A stretch of 64,000 nt of DNA from Acidobacteriaceae bacterium (GTDB lineage: Bacteria > Acidobacteriota > Terriglobia > Bryobacterales > Bryobacteraceae), in NCBI GenBank assembly GCA_043788745.1, contig JAYVTO010000310.1:1168-65167 (forward strand), read 5' to 3'. The notes under the pieces are model-generated. The model saw nothing but the letters and a program-made list of their open reading frames with translations, did not search any database and had not been told where the DNA came from. A program made the translations under genes and the position numbers. Position 1 is the first letter of the stretch; each line of letters begins with the position of its first letter. Below, one piece after another: positions 63,734 through 64,000 of the stretch.

Positions 63734-64000
63734 TTCGACGAGGATGCCTTCGTGTTCTGGGTCTTTGTTCCCGGAATCGGAATCCACAGCAGGCGTTTCT
63801 TGCGCGTCTGGCTGGCGACTTCGGCTTTCGTCACCGTCTCTGGTTTCAGCTGGGCCGGATCGCTCCATGTTGTGGTCTTGCCGGGCGCCGCGCCGGTGTC
63901 GATGTAGCCGGCCTTGATTTCGAGAAACGCATCCTGTCTCAACTTCGTCAGGTATTCTCGAACCGCCGGACCCATCCGAGGCATGAAGAGCTTTTCCTGG
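63730..64000 (-). CDS. Partial CDS (C-terminal end only), possibly a SurA/PpiD-like chaperone; N-terminus is off-window
   Basis: The frame is open to the window edge. ...VREYLTKLRQDAFLEIKAGYIDTG... resembles the C-terminal helix of SurA-like PPIase chaperones (weak, from memory). Confidence 0.35.
   Translation of the reverse strand, partial: QEKLFMPRMGPAVREYLTKLRQDAFLEIKAGYIDTGAAPGKTTTWSDPAQLKPETVTKAEVASQTRKKRLLWIPIPGTKTQNTKASSSK

Overview
A gene-dense, high-GC (about 60% by eye) chromosomal segment. The gene content looks like a soil Acidobacteriota-type genome: a PEGA-domain Ser/Thr kinase, a CadC-like wHTH+TPR regulator, a tricorn-type protease, a TonB-receptor remnant and many secreted peptidases. 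That taxonomic guess is inference only. I support about 50 protein-coding genes. Housekeeping genes include ispG, pyk, miaA, ligD/ku, fahA, lhgO, an RluA-family pseudouridine synthase and a YhaM-like RNase. There are four secreted peptidases (S9, tricorn/S41, M24, S8-kexin-like), redox proteins, c-di-GMP signalling proteins, a vapBC toxin-antitoxin pair and several decayed genes. I saw no rRNA, tRNA, CRISPR array, transposase or intact integrase. The points most worth a second look are as follows. (1) A secreted redoxin-DsbD-N fusion has an in-frame TGA exactly at the first Cys of its W-C-P-x-C motif, with a hairpin 14 nt downstream, so it is a candidate selenoprotein. (2) A divergent redox trio: a heme-c-tagged PHM/DBH-like copper monooxygenase, a CrtI-family flavoprotein and an octaheme cytochrome c. 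(3) Modular palindromic repeats fill at least six intergenic regions, and two diverged blocks of about 230 bp in inverted orientation bracket an 8.8-kb segment. That segment holds the selenoprotein candidate and three gene remnants: a 5'-truncated, frameshifted TonB-dependent receptor, a 3'-truncated DUF885 gene and a frameshifted small ORF. (4) A lower-GC stretch at about 19.4-21.5 kb, possibly extending to 23.7 kb. (5) An orphan B12-binding radical SAM gene sits next to a Uma2 nuclease and a frameshifted RelE/ParE module. All product calls come from motif recognition by eye. No database search was run.
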